NCBI GenBank assembly: GCA_005881895.1
Contig: VBCG01000050.1
Span: forward strand, 31,958-95,957
Source: Betaproteobacteria bacterium
Lineage (GTDB): Bacteria > Pseudomonadota > Gammaproteobacteria > Burkholderiales > Casimicrobiaceae
Direction of reading: 5' to 3'
DNA length: 64,000 nt
Within the stretch, counting starts at the first letter, position 1, and each line of letters starts with the position of its first letter. Below are positions 33,756 to 43,126 of the stretch, in pieces. Both the position numbers and the translations under genes were made by a program. The notes under the pieces are model-generated. The model had not been told where the DNA came from, ran no database searches, and saw nothing but the letters and a program-made list of their open reading frames with translations.

Positions 33756-34553
33756 ATGCCGACCAACAAACGCCGCGAATTGCTGCAAGCTGCGGCTGCG
33801 CTTGCGGCGACCGGCGTCGCAACGCAGACGCGCGCCGCCGCCGACACCGCCATGACAATACGTACACCGTTCGAGGTTGCCGACACGTTCATTCCCATCG
33901 CCGGCAGCGCCGAACAATTTCCGGTCCGGCGCATCTATTGCATCGGCCGCAACTACGCGGCGCATGCACGTGAAATGGGATCGGATCCGAACCGCGAGCC
34001 GCCGTTCTTTTTCCAGAAGCCGACCGATGCGATCCAGATCGTCCCGCCGGGCGAAACGATCGAGCATCCGTATCCGACGCTCACCAAGAACTATCACTAC
34101 GAAGTCGAGCTGGTCGCAGCGCTCGCGAAAGGCGGACGTAACGTTCCGCTCGATCGGGCGCTCGATCTCGTGTACGCCTATACGGTCGGTCTCGATATGA
34201 CGCGTCGTGATCTGCAGCGCGCAATGGGCGACGAAAAAAAGCCGTGGGAGATCGGGAAGAGCTTCGATCATTCCGCGCCGCTCGGGCCGCTGCAACCTGC
34301 CGCAAAGGTCGGACATATGAAAGACGGCGCGATCTGGCTCAAGGTCAATGGACAGGTCAAGCAGAACGCCAACCTGAATCAGATGATCTGGTCGGTGGCC
34401 GAGCAGATCAGCAAGCTCTCCGAGGCATTCGAGCTCGCGCCCGGCGACATCATTTATTCTGGGACGCCGGAGAACGTCGGGCCGGTCATCAAAGGCGATA
34501 TCATCGACGCGCACATCGATGGGCTTCCTGACATCCGCGTAAGAATCATCTGA
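33756..34553 (+). CDS. fumarylacetoacetate hydrolase (FAH) family protein with an N-terminal Tat-like signal
   Basis: GAGGAGG lies 5 nt upstream of ATG 33756. The N-terminus is MPTNKRRELLQAAAALAATGVATQTRAAA, followed by the FAH core FPVRRIYCIGRNYAAHAREMG. An alternative start is MTIRTPFEV. Confidence 0.8.
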   Translation: MPTNKRRELLQAAAALAATGVATQTRAAADTAMTIRTPFEVADTFIPIAGSAEQFPVRRIYCIGRNYAAHAREMGSDPNREPPFFFQKPTDAIQIVPPGETIEHPYPTLTKNYHYEVELVAALAKGGRNVPLDRALDLVYAYTVGLDMTRRDLQRAMGDEKKPWEIGKSFDHSAPLGPLQPAAKVGHMKDGAIWLKVNGQVKQNANLNQMIWSVAEQISKLSEAFELAPGDIIYSGTPENVGPVIKGDIIDAHIDGLPDIRVRII

Positions 34554-34566
34554 CGCACATCGTAGT

Positions 34567-34635
34567 CCGGCGCGAAGCCGGCGGTAGCGACGCGAACGGT
34601 TCGCGCGCGTGGGGGTCGAATCGCTGCGAGGAGGG
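34567..34635 (+). repeat. intergenic structured repeat, divergent copy R6
   Basis: CCGGCGCGAAGCCGG hairpin, then GCGGTAGCGACGCGAACGGTTCGCGCGCGTGGGGGTCGAATCGCTGCGAGGAGG. The 3' end parallels R5 (GCGTGGGGGTCCAACTTCGCTCGAGGAGG). Confidence 0.55.
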
Positions 34636-34673
34636 TAGGGAGGCTTCCCAATCTCGTAGGCAACTCATTCCGT

Positions 34674-35933
34674 ATGAAATCATTCTTGCGAGAGGACCTC
34701 GAGGCGATCGGCGCGGCTTCGCCCGACGTATTCCAGGTGACGTTTTCCGACGGCGCTCAATACCGTAACCGTCCAGGACCCGCCCGATTTTCGCTGCGGT
34801 TTCACAAGCGCGCCGCCGAGTTGAAGAGCATCGCTTTCGGTCACGTCGGTTTGCTCGATGCTTACTTCGACGGCGACGTGGATGTCGATGGCGATCTTCG
34901 CGCTGCGCTGCGCGCCGGGATGGGCAGCGGATTCAGTTCCGCGAATGCGTTGGTTGAGCAAGCGAACCGCTGGCACGAGTTCCGCCGCTCAAATGCAAGC
35001 CGCGAGCGCGCCAAGTTAAATGCCCGCGCGCACTACGGCCTTGGCACCGACTTCTACCGCCTTTGGCTCGACGATCCGCTGATGATGTACACGTGCGCGT
35101 ACTGGGAGGACGGCACGAAGACGCTCGAGGAAGCGCAGGTGAACAAGATCGAGCATGTGTGCCGCAAGCTGTTGCTGCGACCGGGCGAATCGGTCGTCGA
35201 CATCGGCTGCGGCTTCGGCGGCTTCATGTTTCACGCGGCGAACCGGCACGGTGTATCGGTGACCGGCGTCAACACGACGCCCGAGCAGGTCGACGAAGTG
35301 AAACGCGCGATACAAGCGCGTCGTCTCGAAAATCGCGTCAACGTCGTCGAAGCCGATTTCCGCGATGCGTTCGGGCCGTTTGACAAAGTCGTGTCGATCG
35401 GTGTGCTCGAGCACGCGGGACGCGATCAATTGGAAGACGTGATTCGCGCGCATGCGCAATTCTTGAAGCCGGGTGGGCTTGGCATGCTGCATTTCATCGG
35501 CCATGTCGGTCGCCGGGAAACCGAATTTTTCATCCGCAATTACGTGTTCCCGGGTGGCTGGATTCCGAGCCTTGCCGACACGATCACCCTGATGGAGGAC
35601 TGCGGCCTCGAGATCCTCGACATCGAAAACCTGCGCCGGCACTATGCGCTGACGCTCGACGCGTGGGTCGAGCGCTTCGACCGCAACTGGGAGCGGATAC
35701 GCGCACTGGATCCGGCCAAATTCGACGAGCGATTCCGGCGGATTTGGCGCACCTATCTCATCGGTTGCGCTGAGATGTTCCGCTCGCCCAAGGAACGAAC
35801 GCACCTATTTCAGATTGTGTTCAGCAAGGGAAATGTCGCGCGCGACAGCTATCCGATGACGCGCGATTTCCTGTACGAAGATCAAGACGTAGCGCGTGCT
35901 CGCGCGCACGAGTCGTTGCGAAGCGCCGACTGA
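34674..35933 (+). CDS. cyclopropane-fatty-acyl-phospholipid synthase family SAM-dependent methyltransferase
   Basis: 419 aa. Contains HYGLGTDFYRLWLDDPLMMYTCAYW and VVDIGCGFGGF (the SAM motif), with a CMAS fold throughout. Confidence 0.88.
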   Translation: MKSFLREDLEAIGAASPDVFQVTFSDGAQYRNRPGPARFSLRFHKRAAELKSIAFGHVGLLDAYFDGDVDVDGDLRAALRAGMGSGFSSANALVEQANRWHEFRRSNASRERAKLNARAHYGLGTDFYRLWLDDPLMMYTCAYWEDGTKTLEEAQVNKIEHVCRKLLLRPGESVVDIGCGFGGFMFHAANRHGVSVTGVNTTPEQVDEVKRAIQARRLENRVNVVEADFRDAFGPFDKVVSIGVLEHAGRDQLEDVIRAHAQFLKPGGLGMLHFIGHVGRRETEFFIRNYVFPGGWIPSLADTITLMEDCGLEILDIENLRRHYALTLDAWVERFDRNWERIRALDPAKFDERFRRIWRTYLIGCAEMFRSPKERTHLFQIVFSKGNVARDSYPMTRDFLYEDQDVARARAHESLRSAD

Positions 35934-35934
35934 C

Positions 35935-37275
35935 ATGCAGGATCACGCGAGCCGCGTCCTGCGCGTCGCGATCGCTGTTCAGCACGCCGGAGGCGGCAAG
36001 CTTCGACTTCGCAAGGACACGTCCAATCTCTTCCGCGATCGTGCGTCCGGCGCGAAGCGCGGCCTCGACGTTCGCGACTTCAATCACGTTCTCGGTGTCG
36101 ATGCGGCGCCCGGCATCGTCGAAGCGGAAGGCATGGTCACATACGAAGACCTTGTCGCCGCAACGTTGGCGAAGGGGTTTCTGCCGGCGGTCGTTCCCGA
36201 GCTCAAGACCATAACTCTCGGCGGCGCGGCAGCGGGCGTCGGCGTTGAGGCATCGTCGTTCAAGTTCGGTCTCGTGCACGAAACGCTCGATGAGCTGGAG
36301 ATCCTGACGGGCGATGGCCGCGTGCTCGTCTGCCGTCCCGACAACGAACATGCCGATTTGTTCTTCGGCTTTCCCAACTCGTACGGCACTCTTGGTTACA
36401 CGCTCAAGCTCGCGGCGCGTGCAATAGCTGCGAAACCCTTCGTCGAGATCACGCACCGGCGCTACACCAGGAGCGATGAATTTTTCGCGGCGCTGGATGC
36501 CGCGTGCGCAGCGCCGAACGATTTCGTCGACGGCGTCGTATTCGGGCCGGACGAGCTCTATGTGAACGTCGGCCGCTTCACCGACACGGCGCCTTACACG
36601 AGCGATTACACGTACGAGCGGATTTATTATCGTTCGCTCAAGGAGTGCGAGCTCGATTACCTGACGACGCACGATTTCATCTGGCGCTGGGACACTGATT
36701 GGTTCTGGTGCTCGAAGAACGTCGGTGCGCAGAATCCGTTGCTTCGGCGCCTGTTCGGACGCCGGCGGCTTGGCTCGCGAACGTACCAGCGGCTCATGCG
36801 CTGGAACACGCGATGGGGCGTGATGCAGGCGTGGAACCGGCTGCGGGGCGGAGGCGCGTACACCGAATCGGTGATCCAGGACGTCGATATCCCGCTCGAG
36901 CATGCGGACGCGTTTCTGCGCTTTTTCGAGCGCGAGATTCGCATCACGCCGATCTGGATTTGCCCGATTCGAGCCGGTGCGCGGGCTGACCGTTTTACGC
37001 TCTATCCGCTGCGGCCAGGGCAGCTCTATATGAATTTCGGCTTCTGGGATGTCGCCCGCCGGCCGGAACGATACGGCGCCGGGCACCTCAACCGGCTAGT
37101 CGAAGCGGAGGTGATTCGACTCTCCGGAATCAAATCGCTCTATTCCGACAGTTATTACACGCCGGACGTTTTCTGGAAGCTCTATGGCGGCGAGGCTTAC
37201 CACGCCCTCAAGGCGAAATACGACCCGGCCGGGACATTTCCGGATCTCTATCAAAAGTGCGTGTTGCGGCACTGA
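35935..37275 (+). CDS. FAD-binding (FAD_binding_4) oxidoreductase, DHCR24-like
   Basis: ATG at 35935, 1 nt after the upstream stop. Contains ITLGGAAAGVGVEASSFKFGLVHETLDELEILTGDGRVLVC...DLFFGFPNSYGTLGY. This parallels the DHCR24/DWF1 FAD domain. Confidence 0.8.
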   Translation: MQDHASRVLRVAIAVQHAGGGKLRLRKDTSNLFRDRASGAKRGLDVRDFNHVLGVDAAPGIVEAEGMVTYEDLVAATLAKGFLPAVVPELKTITLGGAAAGVGVEASSFKFGLVHETLDELEILTGDGRVLVCRPDNEHADLFFGFPNSYGTLGYTLKLAARAIAAKPFVEITHRRYTRSDEFFAALDAACAAPNDFVDGVVFGPDELYVNVGRFTDTAPYTSDYTYERIYYRSLKECELDYLTTHDFIWRWDTDWFWCSKNVGAQNPLLRRLFGRRRLGSRTYQRLMRWNTRWGVMQAWNRLRGGGAYTESVIQDVDIPLEHADAFLRFFEREIRITPIWICPIRAGARADRFTLYPLRPGQLYMNFGFWDVARRPERYGAGHLNRLVEAEVIRLSGIKSLYSDSYYTPDVFWKLYGGEAYHALKAKYDPAGTFPDLYQKCVLRH

Positions 37276-37284
37276 CATCCACTC

Positions 37285-37371
37285 GTCATCCCGAGCCGAA
37301 GCCGAGGGACCTACTTTTAAAAGCAGCTCCTTCGCTTCGCTCAGGACTCGCTTCGCACGGCGCAGGATGAC
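37285..37371. repeat. palindromic REP-like element of a second family (GTCATCC...GGATGAC)
   Basis: GTCATCCCGAGCCGAAGCCGAGGGACC faces inverted units GTCCTGAGCGAAGCGAAGGAGCT and GTCATCCTGCGCCGTGCGAAGCGA. It starts 10 nt after the stop of the flavoprotein gene. Confidence 0.5.
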
Positions 37372-37382
37372 AGCCGCATTCT

Positions 37383-37411
37383 TTGACGCCTGAGGCGGCC
37401 TGGGATAGATT
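37383..37411 (+). promoter_or_regulatory. candidate sigma-70 promoter for the peptide ABC operon
   Basis: TTGACG (37383-37388), a 17-nt spacer, then TAGATT (37406-37411), about 40 nt upstream of the ATG at 37453. Confidence 0.35.
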
Positions 37412-37452
37412 GCGGCGTCGATTTACCGCTTTCAGACCGCCCAAAGGAATCC

Positions 37453-39057
37453 ATGTACGCCCTTCGCAAATTCGTTCGCCTGGCCATCGCGATCGTGATC
37501 GTGTCGCTGTTGCCCTTCGCATCGCCGTCCTCGGCGCAGGAGCTCAAGATTGCGGTCGCGGCCGACGTGACGTCCGCCGATCCGCATTTTTTCAACCTGT
37601 TTCCGAACAACAACATCGCCGAGCACATCTTCGACAAGCTCGTGCAGATGGATCCCGATTCGAAAATGATTCCCGGTCTCGCGACGTCGTGGAAGACGGT
37701 CGACGACAAGACGTGGGAATTCAAGCTGCGCAAAGGCGTCAAGTTCCACGACGGCAGCGAGCTGACCGCCGAGGACGTCGTGTTTTCGATCGATCGCGTG
37801 CCAAACGTACCGAACAGCCCAGGTCCGTTCACCGCCTACACGAAAGCGATCATCGGCAAGGAGATCGTCGATCCGTACACGATCCGCTTCAAATACGCCG
37901 CGCCGTATCCGCTCGCGCCGAACGATCTCTCGACGATCTATATCGTGTCGAAAAAAGCGGCGACGGGCGCAACGACCGAAGACTTCAATTCCGGCAAGGC
38001 GGCGATCGGCAGCGGGCGCTATAAGCTCGTGCGCTACGTTTCGGGTGACCGCATCGAGCTCATTCGCAACGACAATTACTGGGGCGAGAAATCACCGTGG
38101 CCGAAAGTGACGTTCAAGATCATCAAGAACGAGGCGGCGCGCGTGGCGGCGCTTCTTTCAGGTGATGTCGACGCCATCGAGCAGCCGCCGATCGCCGACC
38201 TTCCGCGGCTAAAATCCGACCCGAAGTTCACGGTGACGTCGAAGATCTCGCATCGCGTGATCTATTTCAATTTCGATCATCTGCAACGGGTGAGTCCGTT
38301 CATCACCGCGAAGGACGGCAAGCCGCTCGACAAGAATCCGTTGACCGATTTGCGCGTGCGGCGTGCGATTTCCAAGGCGATCAACCGACCGGCGATCGCC
38401 GAGCGCGTGATGGAAAGCCAGGCGGTTCCATCGGGACAGCTGGTGTCGGAGAAGCTTTTCGGTCACGTGCTCGGACTCAAGGCGGAGGCATACGACCCCG
38501 AGGGCGCAAAGAAGCTGCTCGCTGAAGCCGGCTATCCGAACGGCTTCAACATCACGGTTCACGGACCGTCCGGCCGCTACGTCAACGACGAGAAGATCGT
38601 GCAGGCGGTTGCGCAGATGCTGACGCGCGTGGGCATCAACTCCAAAGTGGAGACCGCGCCCATGGGACCCTATTCGGCGCGCGCGTCGAAGCAGGAGTTC
38701 AGCTTCCACATGGTCGGATGGGGCGCATCGACGGGCGAAGCGAGCTCGCCGCTACGCTCGCTGTTGGCGACGTTCAATCGCGACAAGGGGCTTGGCGCCG
38801 TCAACTGGGGTCGCTACAGCAACCCGAAGGTCGATTACGTCATCGAGCAGGCGCTGCAGCAGGTCGACGACGAAAATCGATCGCAAATGCTGCAACAAGC
38901 GACCAAGATGGCGATGGACGATTTGGGCATCATGCCGATCCATTTCCAATACACGATCTGGGCGACGCGCAAGGGCGTGCAATACGTTCCGCGGACCGAC
39001 GAATACACGCTGGCGTTCCAGTTCAAGCAAGCGCCGGGAGAGATGGCGAAGCGGTGA
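37453..39057 (+). CDS. ABC transporter substrate-binding protein, family 5 (peptide/nickel, DppA/OppA-like)
   Basis: 534 aa with a signal peptide ending in SSAQE. SBP_bac_5-type sequence (WEFKLRKGVKFHDGSELTAEDVVFS). Confidence 0.88.
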   Translation: MYALRKFVRLAIAIVIVSLLPFASPSSAQELKIAVAADVTSADPHFFNLFPNNNIAEHIFDKLVQMDPDSKMIPGLATSWKTVDDKTWEFKLRKGVKFHDGSELTAEDVVFSIDRVPNVPNSPGPFTAYTKAIIGKEIVDPYTIRFKYAAPYPLAPNDLSTIYIVSKKAATGATTEDFNSGKAAIGSGRYKLVRYVSGDRIELIRNDNYWGEKSPWPKVTFKIIKNEAARVAALLSGDVDAIEQPPIADLPRLKSDPKFTVTSKISHRVIYFNFDHLQRVSPFITAKDGKPLDKNPLTDLRVRRAISKAINRPAIAERVMESQAVPSGQLVSEKLFGHVLGLKAEAYDPEGAKKLLAEAGYPNGFNITVHGPSGRYVNDEKIVQAVAQMLTRVGINSKVETAPMGPYSARASKQEFSFHMVGWGASTGEASSPLRSLLATFNRDKGLGAVNWGRYSNPKVDYVIEQALQQVDDENRSQMLQQATKMAMDDLGIMPIHFQYTIWATRKGVQYVPRTDEYTLAFQFKQAPGEMAKR

Positions 39058-39171
39058 GAATCGTTCAGGGCGTTGCCCCTAAGCTCAACCTTCTCCCGCG
39101 AGCGGCTCAGTTGGCAAAATCGGGAGCGCGACGCGTAGCGTCGAGCGGCTGAGGGTGCCGCATCGTTTCCG

Positions 39172-40152
39172 ATGTTGGTCTACATCATCCGTCGAGGCCT
39201 GCAAAGCGTCGTCGTCCTGTTTCTGATGTCGGTGCTGGTGTTCGTCGGCGTGTACGCGATCGGCAATCCGATCGACATCCTGATCAATCCGCAAGCCGAT
39301 CAGCAGGACCGCGAGCGCGCCATCGCAGCACTGGGCCTCGACAAGCCGCTGCCCGAGCAATACTGGACGTTCTTCACCGGCGCCCTCCACGGCGATTTCG
39401 GCAAGTCGTTCGTGCATGCGACGCCCGCGATTTCGCTGATCCTCGAGCGCATGCCGGCGACGCTCGAGCTCGCGTTTGCCGCGATGCTGATCGCCGTCGT
39501 CTTCGGCATACCGCTTGGCTTGTGGGCGGGATTGCGTCCAAATGGAATCGCCGGACGGACGATCATGGCGGGGTCAATCCTCGGCTTTTCGTTGCCCACC
39601 TTCTGGGTCGGGCTGATGCTGATCATGGTGTTTTCCGTCGTGCTCGGCTGGCTGCCGTCGAACGGGCGCGGCCCCACCGTCGATCTGTTTGGTTTGATCC
39701 CCGTATCGTTTTTTTCCGTCGACGGATGGCGTCACCTAATGCTGCCCGCGACCAACCTCGCGCTGTTCAACGTGGCGCTGTTGATTCGCCTGACGCGCGC
39801 CGGTGCGCACGAGGCGCTCTTGCAGGACTACGTCAAGTTTGCGCGCGCGAAGGGCCTTACCAATCGGCGCATCATCGGCGTGCATGTGCTCCGCAACATC
39901 CTTATTCCGATCGTCACGGTCGTCGGCTTGCAATTCGGCGCGCTGATCGCGTTCGCCATTGTCACGGAAAGCGTGTTCGCCTGGCCGGGAATGGGCAAGC
40001 TGCTGATCGACTCGATCAACGTGCTCGACCGTCCGGTGATCGTCGCCTATCTGCTCATCATCGTCACGATGTTCATCGTCATCAATCTCGTCGTGGACGT
40101 GCTGTATTCGGCGCTCGATCCGCGCGTGCGGCTGACGGAGTCGAAGGGGTGA
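39172..40152 (+). CDS. peptide/nickel ABC transporter permease (DppB-like)
   Basis: 326 aa starting MLVYIIRRGLQSVVVLFLMSVLVFV, with the EAA-loop region ARAKGL. Confidence 0.9.
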   Translation: MLVYIIRRGLQSVVVLFLMSVLVFVGVYAIGNPIDILINPQADQQDRERAIAALGLDKPLPEQYWTFFTGALHGDFGKSFVHATPAISLILERMPATLELAFAAMLIAVVFGIPLGLWAGLRPNGIAGRTIMAGSILGFSLPTFWVGLMLIMVFSVVLGWLPSNGRGPTVDLFGLIPVSFFSVDGWRHLMLPATNLALFNVALLIRLTRAGAHEALLQDYVKFARAKGLTNRRIIGVHVLRNILIPIVTVVGLQFGALIAFAIVTESVFAWPGMGKLLIDSINVLDRPVIVAYLLIIVTMFIVINLVVDVLYSALDPRVRLTESKG

Positions 40153-40159
40153 GGACTCA

Positions 40160-41086
40160 ATGAGCGCGCTTCCCGACACTGTTATCGTCGAGCCGCTGGC
40201 GACAGGCGCGGCCACCGAGACGCCGCTTGGACGGATCGCCCGCGATTTCGTCACCAACCCCATCGCGATATTTGGAATCGTGTTGCTGCTGCTCGTCGTT
40301 CTTGCCGCGATCCTCGCTCCGTTCATCTCCCCGCAAAATCCGTACGATCTCGCGCAACTCGACGTGATGGACAGCCGGCTCGAGCCGGGATCGAAGGCGC
40401 TAACCGGCGGAACGTACTGGCTCGGCACCGACGACCAGGGTCGCGACATGCTGTCGGCGATTTTTTATGGCTTGCGCATTTCGCTTTCCGTGGGCGTCGC
40501 GAGCACCGTGCTCGCACTGTTGATCGGCCTGACGATGGGTCTTGCCGCAGCGTATCTCGGCGGCCGTGTCGAAACGCTGATCATGCGGATCGTCGACATT
40601 CAGCTTTCATTTCCGGCGATCCTGATCGCGCTGATTCTGATTGCGGTCCTCGGGCAAGGCACCGGCAAGGTTATCGCCGCGCTCGTCACGGTGCAGTGGG
40701 CTTATTACGCGCGCACGGTGCGCAGTGCCGCGTTGGTCGAAAAGCGCAAGGAATATATGGAGGCGGCGCGCTGTCTTGCGCTGCCGCCGTCGCGCATCGT
40801 GTTCAAGCACCTTCTCCCCAACTGCCTCCCGCCGACGATAGTCGTCGCGACGGTGCAGGTTGCTGCGGCGATCGCTCTCGAGGCCACGCTCTCGTTTCTC
40901 GGCCTCGGCCTGCCGATCACGGAGCCATCGCTTGGACTTCTGATCGCCAACGGCTATCAATATTTATTGTCGGGAAAATACTGGATCAGCTTTTTCCCGG
41001 GCGTCGCGCTGCTCGTCACGATCGTCAGCATCAACCTCGTCGCCGATCAACTGCGTGACGTGATGAATCCGCGGCTACAGAAATGA
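40160..41086 (+). CDS. peptide/nickel ABC transporter permease (DppC-like)
   Basis: 308 aa. Contains LGTDDQGRDMLS and MEAARCLALP, which are typical of DppC/OppC. Confidence 0.9.
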   Translation: MSALPDTVIVEPLATGAATETPLGRIARDFVTNPIAIFGIVLLLLVVLAAILAPFISPQNPYDLAQLDVMDSRLEPGSKALTGGTYWLGTDDQGRDMLSAIFYGLRISLSVGVASTVLALLIGLTMGLAAAYLGGRVETLIMRIVDIQLSFPAILIALILIAVLGQGTGKVIAALVTVQWAYYARTVRSAALVEKRKEYMEAARCLALPPSRIVFKHLLPNCLPPTIVVATVQVAAAIALEATLSFLGLGLPITEPSLGLLIANGYQYLLSGKYWISFFPGVALLVTIVSINLVADQLRDVMNPRLQK

Positions 41087-41102
41087 CTGCGAACCGCCAT
41101 CG

Positions 41103-42068
41103 ATGAGTGAACCGGTATTGCGTGTCGAAGAGCTCCGCACGCATTTCTTCACAAAGGCCGGCGTCGTGAAAGCAGTGGACGACGTGTCGTTCATCGTCAA
41201 TCGCGGCGAAGTCATGGGCTTGGTCGGCGAATCCGGCTCGGGCAAGTCGATGACCGGTTATTCGCTCATGGGTCTCATCGATCCGCCGGGACGTATCGTT
41301 GGCGGACGCATTCTTCTGGATGGCATCGATGTCATCAAGCTTTCCGGCGAGGAAATGCGACAGATGCGCGGGAATCGCGTGGCGATGATCTTCCAGGACC
41401 CGATGATGACGTTGAACCCCGTGCTCCGCATCGACACGCAGATGATCGAAGCGATCGTTGCGCACCGGAAGGTCAGCGCCGGCGACGCGCACGCGATGGC
41501 TGCCGCAGCGCTTTCGAAGGTCGGCATTCCATCGCCGGAAGAGCGCCTGTCGGCGTATCCGCATCAATTCTCCGGCGGCATGCGTCAGCGCGTCGCGATC
41601 GCCATCGCTTTGTTGAACAAGCCCGACTTGATCATCGCCGACGAGCCGACGACGGCGCTCGACGTCACGATCCAGGGGCAAATTCTTTACGAGATGCAAA
41701 AGCTGACGCGAGAGACGGGCGCTGCCGTTATCTGGATCACGCACGACCTCTCCGTCGTCGCCGGCCTCGCCGACCAGGTCAGCGTGATGTACGCCGGCCG
41801 CATCGTCGAGCAGGGCACCGCCGAACAAGTGCTGGGCAGGCCGCGCCATCCGTACACGCGCGGGCTGCTTGATTCGGTGCCGGCGAACAACGCGCGCGGC
41901 GCGCGATTGAAGCAGATTCCGGGGATGACGCCTTCGTTGCTCGATCTGCCGCCCGGGTGTCCGTTCCGCGAGCGTTGTTCGTACGCGCAATCCGACTGCG
42001 CAAGAACCCCGCTGATGCGCCCGCTAACGGCCGGCCAATCGGTTCGCTGCCACCATCCGTTGGCATGA
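41103..42068 (+). CDS. peptide ABC transporter ATP-binding protein (DppD-like)
   Basis: Motifs are [17 protein letters not shown] and a C-terminal oligopeptide-type extension ([13 protein letters not shown]). Confidence 0.9.
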   Translation: MSEPVLRVEELRTHFFTKAGVVKAVDDVSFIVNRGEVMGLVGESGSGKSMTGYSLMGLIDPPGRIVGGRILLDGIDVIKLSGEEMRQMRGNRVAMIFQDPMMTLNPVLRIDTQMIEAIVAHRKVSAGDAHAMAAAALSKVGIPSPEERLSAYPHQFSGGMRQRVAIAIALLNKPDLIIADEPTTALDVTIQGQILYEMQKLTRETGAAVIWITHDLSVVAGLADQVSVMYAGRIVEQGTAEQVLGRPRHPYTRGLLDSVPANNARGARLKQIPGMTPSLLDLPPGCPFRERCSYAQSDCARTPLMRPLTAGQSVRCHHPLA

Positions 42069-43126
42069 GTGCAGCCGATCCTTCCATGATCGCGCCGCGC
42101 AGCATCACCGGGGCGCAACCGGCGCTGATCGAGCTCAACGGCGTGTCGAAGCGCTTCGTGAAGCCGCTCGATGTCGCGGCGCGAATCGGCAACGTATTCG
42201 GCGCCGCCATCGCAGAGGAAGTCGTCCACGCCGTCGATAATGTCGACCTGCGCATCGCGGAAGGAGAAGTCGTCGGGCTGGTCGGCGAGTCCGGCTGCGG
42301 CAAGTCGACGCTCGGGCGCGTGGCCGTCGGTCTGCTCGCACCGTCTGGAGGACAACGCCTATGGCGCGGCGAACCGGTCGAGCAAATGCGCGCCATCTCC
42401 GCGCGGCGCGCGCAACTCAAGATGCAGATGATCTTCCAGGATCCCTACGCCTCGCTCAATCCACGCATGCGCGTCATCGACATCGTGGGCGAAGCGCCGG
42501 TCGTCCATCGACTGATCTCGGCGAAACAGCAGGTCGAATACGTCGGCTTGATGCTCAATAAAGTCGGGCTCGATCCGACACTGATGCGCCGCTACCCGCA
42601 CCAATTCTCCGGCGGTCAGCGGGCACGGATCGGCATCGCACGCACGCTCGCGGTCAAGCCGGAGTTCATCGTCTGCGACGAATCGGTTGCCGCGCTCGAC
42701 GTATCGATCCAGGCGCAGGTGCTCAATCTGTTCATGGATTTGAAGGCGGCTCTCAACCTCACGTACTTGTTCATCAGCCATGACCTGGGCGTCGTTCAGT
42801 ACATCGCCGATCGCGTCGTCGTCATGTATCTCGGACGTGTCGTCGAGAGCGCACCGGCGGCGAAGCTGTTCAATCAGCCGAATCATCCGTACACAAAAGC
42901 GTTGCTCGCCGAGATCGGCCGCGTCGAGCCGAAGAAGCGCAAGTTCGCGCCGGTCGTCGGAGAAATTCCATCGCCGCTCCATCCGCCGTCAGGATGTCAT
43001 TTTCATCCGCGTTGTCCGTACGCGATGCCGGTCTGCAGCGAAACGTCGCCGGCGCTGATCGAGGTGTCGACGCGTCAGTGGTCGGCGTGTCATTTGAATA
43101 CGGTGTCGAACACCGCAGGCCGATGA
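42065..43126 (+). CDS. peptide ABC transporter ATP-binding protein (DppF-like)
   Basis: ATG at 42065 overlaps the upstream stop as ATGA. Motifs are GESGCGKST, FSGGQRARI and HPYTKALL..CHFHPRC. Confidence 0.9.
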   Translation: MSAADPSMIAPRSITGAQPALIELNGVSKRFVKPLDVAARIGNVFGAAIAEEVVHAVDNVDLRIAEGEVVGLVGESGCGKSTLGRVAVGLLAPSGGQRLWRGEPVEQMRAISARRAQLKMQMIFQDPYASLNPRMRVIDIVGEAPVVHRLISAKQQVEYVGLMLNKVGLDPTLMRRYPHQFSGGQRARIGIARTLAVKPEFIVCDESVAALDVSIQAQVLNLFMDLKAALNLTYLFISHDLGVVQYIADRVVVMYLGRVVESAPAAKLFNQPNHPYTKALLAEIGRVEPKKRKFAPVVGEIPSPLHPPSGCHFHPRCPYAMPVCSETSPALIEVSTRQWSACHLNTVSNTAGR

